This document shows positions 62,190 through 64,000 of a stretch of 64,000 nucleotides of DNA, one piece after another. How positions within the stretch are numbered: the first letter of the stretch is position 1; every line of letters begins with the position of its first letter. The stretch comes from Clostridiaceae bacterium (GTDB lineage Bacteria; Bacillota; Clostridia; Acetivibrionales; Acetivibrionaceae): positions 16,232 through 80,231 of the forward strand of contig JAAYPF010000007.1 of the NCBI GenBank assembly GCA_012519925.1, given 5' to 3'. The position numbers were made by a program, and so were the translations under genes. The notes beneath the pieces were generated by a model. The model had not been told where the DNA came from, searched no databases, and saw only the letters and a list, made by a program, of their open reading frames with translations.

Positions 62190-63260
62190 ATGAAGAGGAC
62201 TTTATTAGTGACAATTATTATTGCTACTTTCTTAATGAGTATTGGTCAGACCTTTGCGGCAGGCCAATATTTTTCAGGGGTGTGGGGTGTTACTTCAGCT
62301 TCAAAAATTGCTGTGAGCGGATTGACTCTGAATTTAGAGAGAGAACCTGTATCTATCAATAATCGTTTGCTAGTACCAGTGAGAACTGTTTTTTCTCAAA
62401 TAGGTGCAAAGATTGATTGGAACGAATCAAGAAACAGAGTGGTTATTACTAAAGACAATGACGAGATAATAATGTATATTGGTTATACAAACTGCTATGT
62501 TAATGGTGCTATAAAATCAATGGAAGTACCTGCCGTATTGTTTAATGGAACTGTTATGGTTCCTGTAAGATTTGTTGCAGAAGCATTTAATGTATTGGTA
62601 GGCTGGAGTGAAAAAAGCTCAACGGTTTATCTAGGAAAAATGCCCCAAGAGGTAATTGAAGAGATACCTGCAAGTGGGGGAAATGCTTCAAATATCAAAG
62701 GGCGAATTGTAGTAATTGATGCAGGACATGGAGGAACACAAACGGGTGCAGTTTATGGTGGAGTGAAAGAAAAGGATTTAAACCTTAGTATTGCAAAAAA
62801 ACTCAATGCAAAGCTTAAAGAACTAGGCATTGTGACTTATATGACAAGAAACGCTGATACAACATTAAGCTTATATGCAAGATCTGATCTTGCAAATAGG
62901 AATAATGCAGATTTACTCATAAGTATTCACAATAATGCAGGATTATTAAAGCATACTGGTAGTATGACATTGTATTACCCTAGTTCATCTAAAACAAAAA
63001 GAAATTTATCCTCCTATGAATTTGCAAATATTGTACAAAGGAATATGTGTAATACTTTAGGATCAAAAGATATGGGAGTTATTGAACGTCCTGGTTTGGC
63101 TGTATTAAGAACCTCTAATATGCCTGCAGTAATAGCCGAAATAGGTTATATGTCAAATGCTTCAGAACTTAGCAAATTAAAAACATCCGCTTATCAGGAA
63201 AAAGCAGCAGAAGCCTTGAAAAAGGCAGTAATTGAAAGCCTTGAAAAGATGTACAAGTAA
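62190..63260 (+). CDS. Secreted N-acetylmuramoyl-L-alanine amidase with copper-amine-oxidase-like N-terminal domain
   Basis: Signal peptide, RLLVPVR...GAKIDW...VMVPVRFVAEAFNVLVGW; IDAGHGG, EKDLNL, SIHNNA, AEIGYMSN. Confidence 0.9.
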   Translation: MKRTLLVTIIIATFLMSIGQTFAAGQYFSGVWGVTSASKIAVSGLTLNLEREPVSINNRLLVPVRTVFSQIGAKIDWNESRNRVVITKDNDEIIMYIGYTNCYVNGAIKSMEVPAVLFNGTVMVPVRFVAEAFNVLVGWSEKSSTVYLGKMPQEVIEEIPASGGNASNIKGRIVVIDAGHGGTQTGAVYGGVKEKDLNLSIAKKLNAKLKELGIVTYMTRNADTTLSLYARSDLANRNNADLLISIHNNAGLLKHTGSMTLYYPSSSKTKRNLSSYEFANIVQRNMCNTLGSKDMGVIERPGLAVLRTSNMPAVIAEIGYMSNASELSKLKTSAYQEKAAEALKKAVIESLEKMYK

Positions 63261-63271
63261 CATCTCCTCCT

Positions 63272-63311
63272 TAACCGGCATCGAAAAACAAGATGCCGGT
63301 TACTTGTTTTT
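63272..63311 (+). terminator. Amidase terminator
   Basis: TAACCGGCATC / GATGCCGGTTA stem plus T-rich tail. Confidence 0.82.
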
Positions 63312-63389
63312 ATGGTATAATACTATACATGTCAATTACAAATGAGAAATTATAGAAACTGCACAACTAGATATAGTTAGGGTGATAGG

Positions 63390-63803
63390 ATGAAAATAGC
63401 TGTTGTAGATGGACAGGGTGGAGGCATTGGCAAGGCCATTGTGGAAAAATTGAGAAGAGAATTACCAGAAGAAACATATATTATTGCTTTAGGCACAAAT
63501 GCGTTAGCCACAACTCTTATGCTCAAAGCAGGTGCTAACGAGGGTGCATCAGGAGAAAATGCAATAGTCGTCAATGCGGTAAAGGTGGATATAATAGTTG
63601 GTGTAATAGGCATAATAGTGGCAAATGCTATGTTGGGTGAATTAACACCTAAGATGTCAGAAGCCATAGCATCTAGCCCGGCTAAAAAAGTATTAATCCC
63701 CTTAAATCGATGTAACATCCAGGTGGTAGGAATAAATAATGATCCATTTCCTTACCATATAGATAGTGCTATTGACATAATCAAAAAGAACTTAAAGGGA
63801 TAA
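63390..63803 (+). CDS. DUF3842 family protein
   Basis: VVDGQGGGIG, ALGTNALAT, GASGENAI, ANAMLGELTP, KVLIP. Confidence 0.85.
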   Translation: MKIAVVDGQGGGIGKAIVEKLRRELPEETYIIALGTNALATTLMLKAGANEGASGENAIVVNAVKVDIIVGVIGIIVANAMLGELTPKMSEAIASSPAKKVLIPLNRCNIQVVGINNDPFPYHIDSAIDIIKKNLKG

Positions 63804-63869
63804 TCTATTCTAAGTATTATTAGGTTTTAGAATTTGGCATAGTAATTCCATGAAAGAATATTGTAAAAG

Positions 63870-64000
63870 TTATTGTAGCATATACATAAAGCTTGTTATA
63901 TTTTCATGTAAGATATCAGGATCCAATCTTCCTTTTTGAGCATCTGCAAATAGACTTTCATACGCTTCCAATGCTCTTTTTATATGTTGCTTTTTTTCAT
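63870..64000 (-). CDS. 3' end of an unidentified protein (truncated by window edge)
   Basis: Open frame EKKQHIKRALEAYESLFADAQKGRLDPDILHENITSFMYMLQ then TAA at 63872-63870. Confidence 0.55.
   Translation of the reverse strand, partial: EKKQHIKRALEAYESLFADAQKGRLDPDILHENITSFMYMLQ

Overview
Low-GC chromosomal window from a spore-forming Clostridia. The gene order (prkC-rsgA-rpe-thiN; comEC-holA/rpsT-gpr; ligA-gatCAB-pta-ackA-yceD-rpmF-DUF512-der-plsY-gpsA-spoIVA-sugar ABC transporter) matches what I recall for Acetivibrio (Clostridium) thermocellum relatives; this assignment is inference. Most of the window is housekeeping: a TPP-riboswitch thiSGHFEC operon, tRNA-Ala(GGC), sporulation genes and peptidoglycan hydrolases. 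I found no CRISPR array, prophage, integrase or transposase. The unusual content is: (1) a REC-PP2C phosphatase coupled to a PAS-GAF histidine kinase whose GAF region has a CxxC-x4-CxxC cluster; (2) a membrane GGDEF-EAL enzyme paired with a permease-less sugar-binding lipoprotein, with two perfect Spo0A boxes upstream; (3) an accessory stretch after tRNA-Ala with a GT2/YfhO glycosylation pair, a Tudor-like ORF, a candidate sRNA, a J-domain-like miniprotein, a membrane peptide and a stand-alone Sir2-family protein; (4) two families of hairpin-forming intergenic repeats that abut terminators; (5) a promoter block shared by two sugar-binding-protein genes. All protein family calls come from motif recognition by eye, without database searches.
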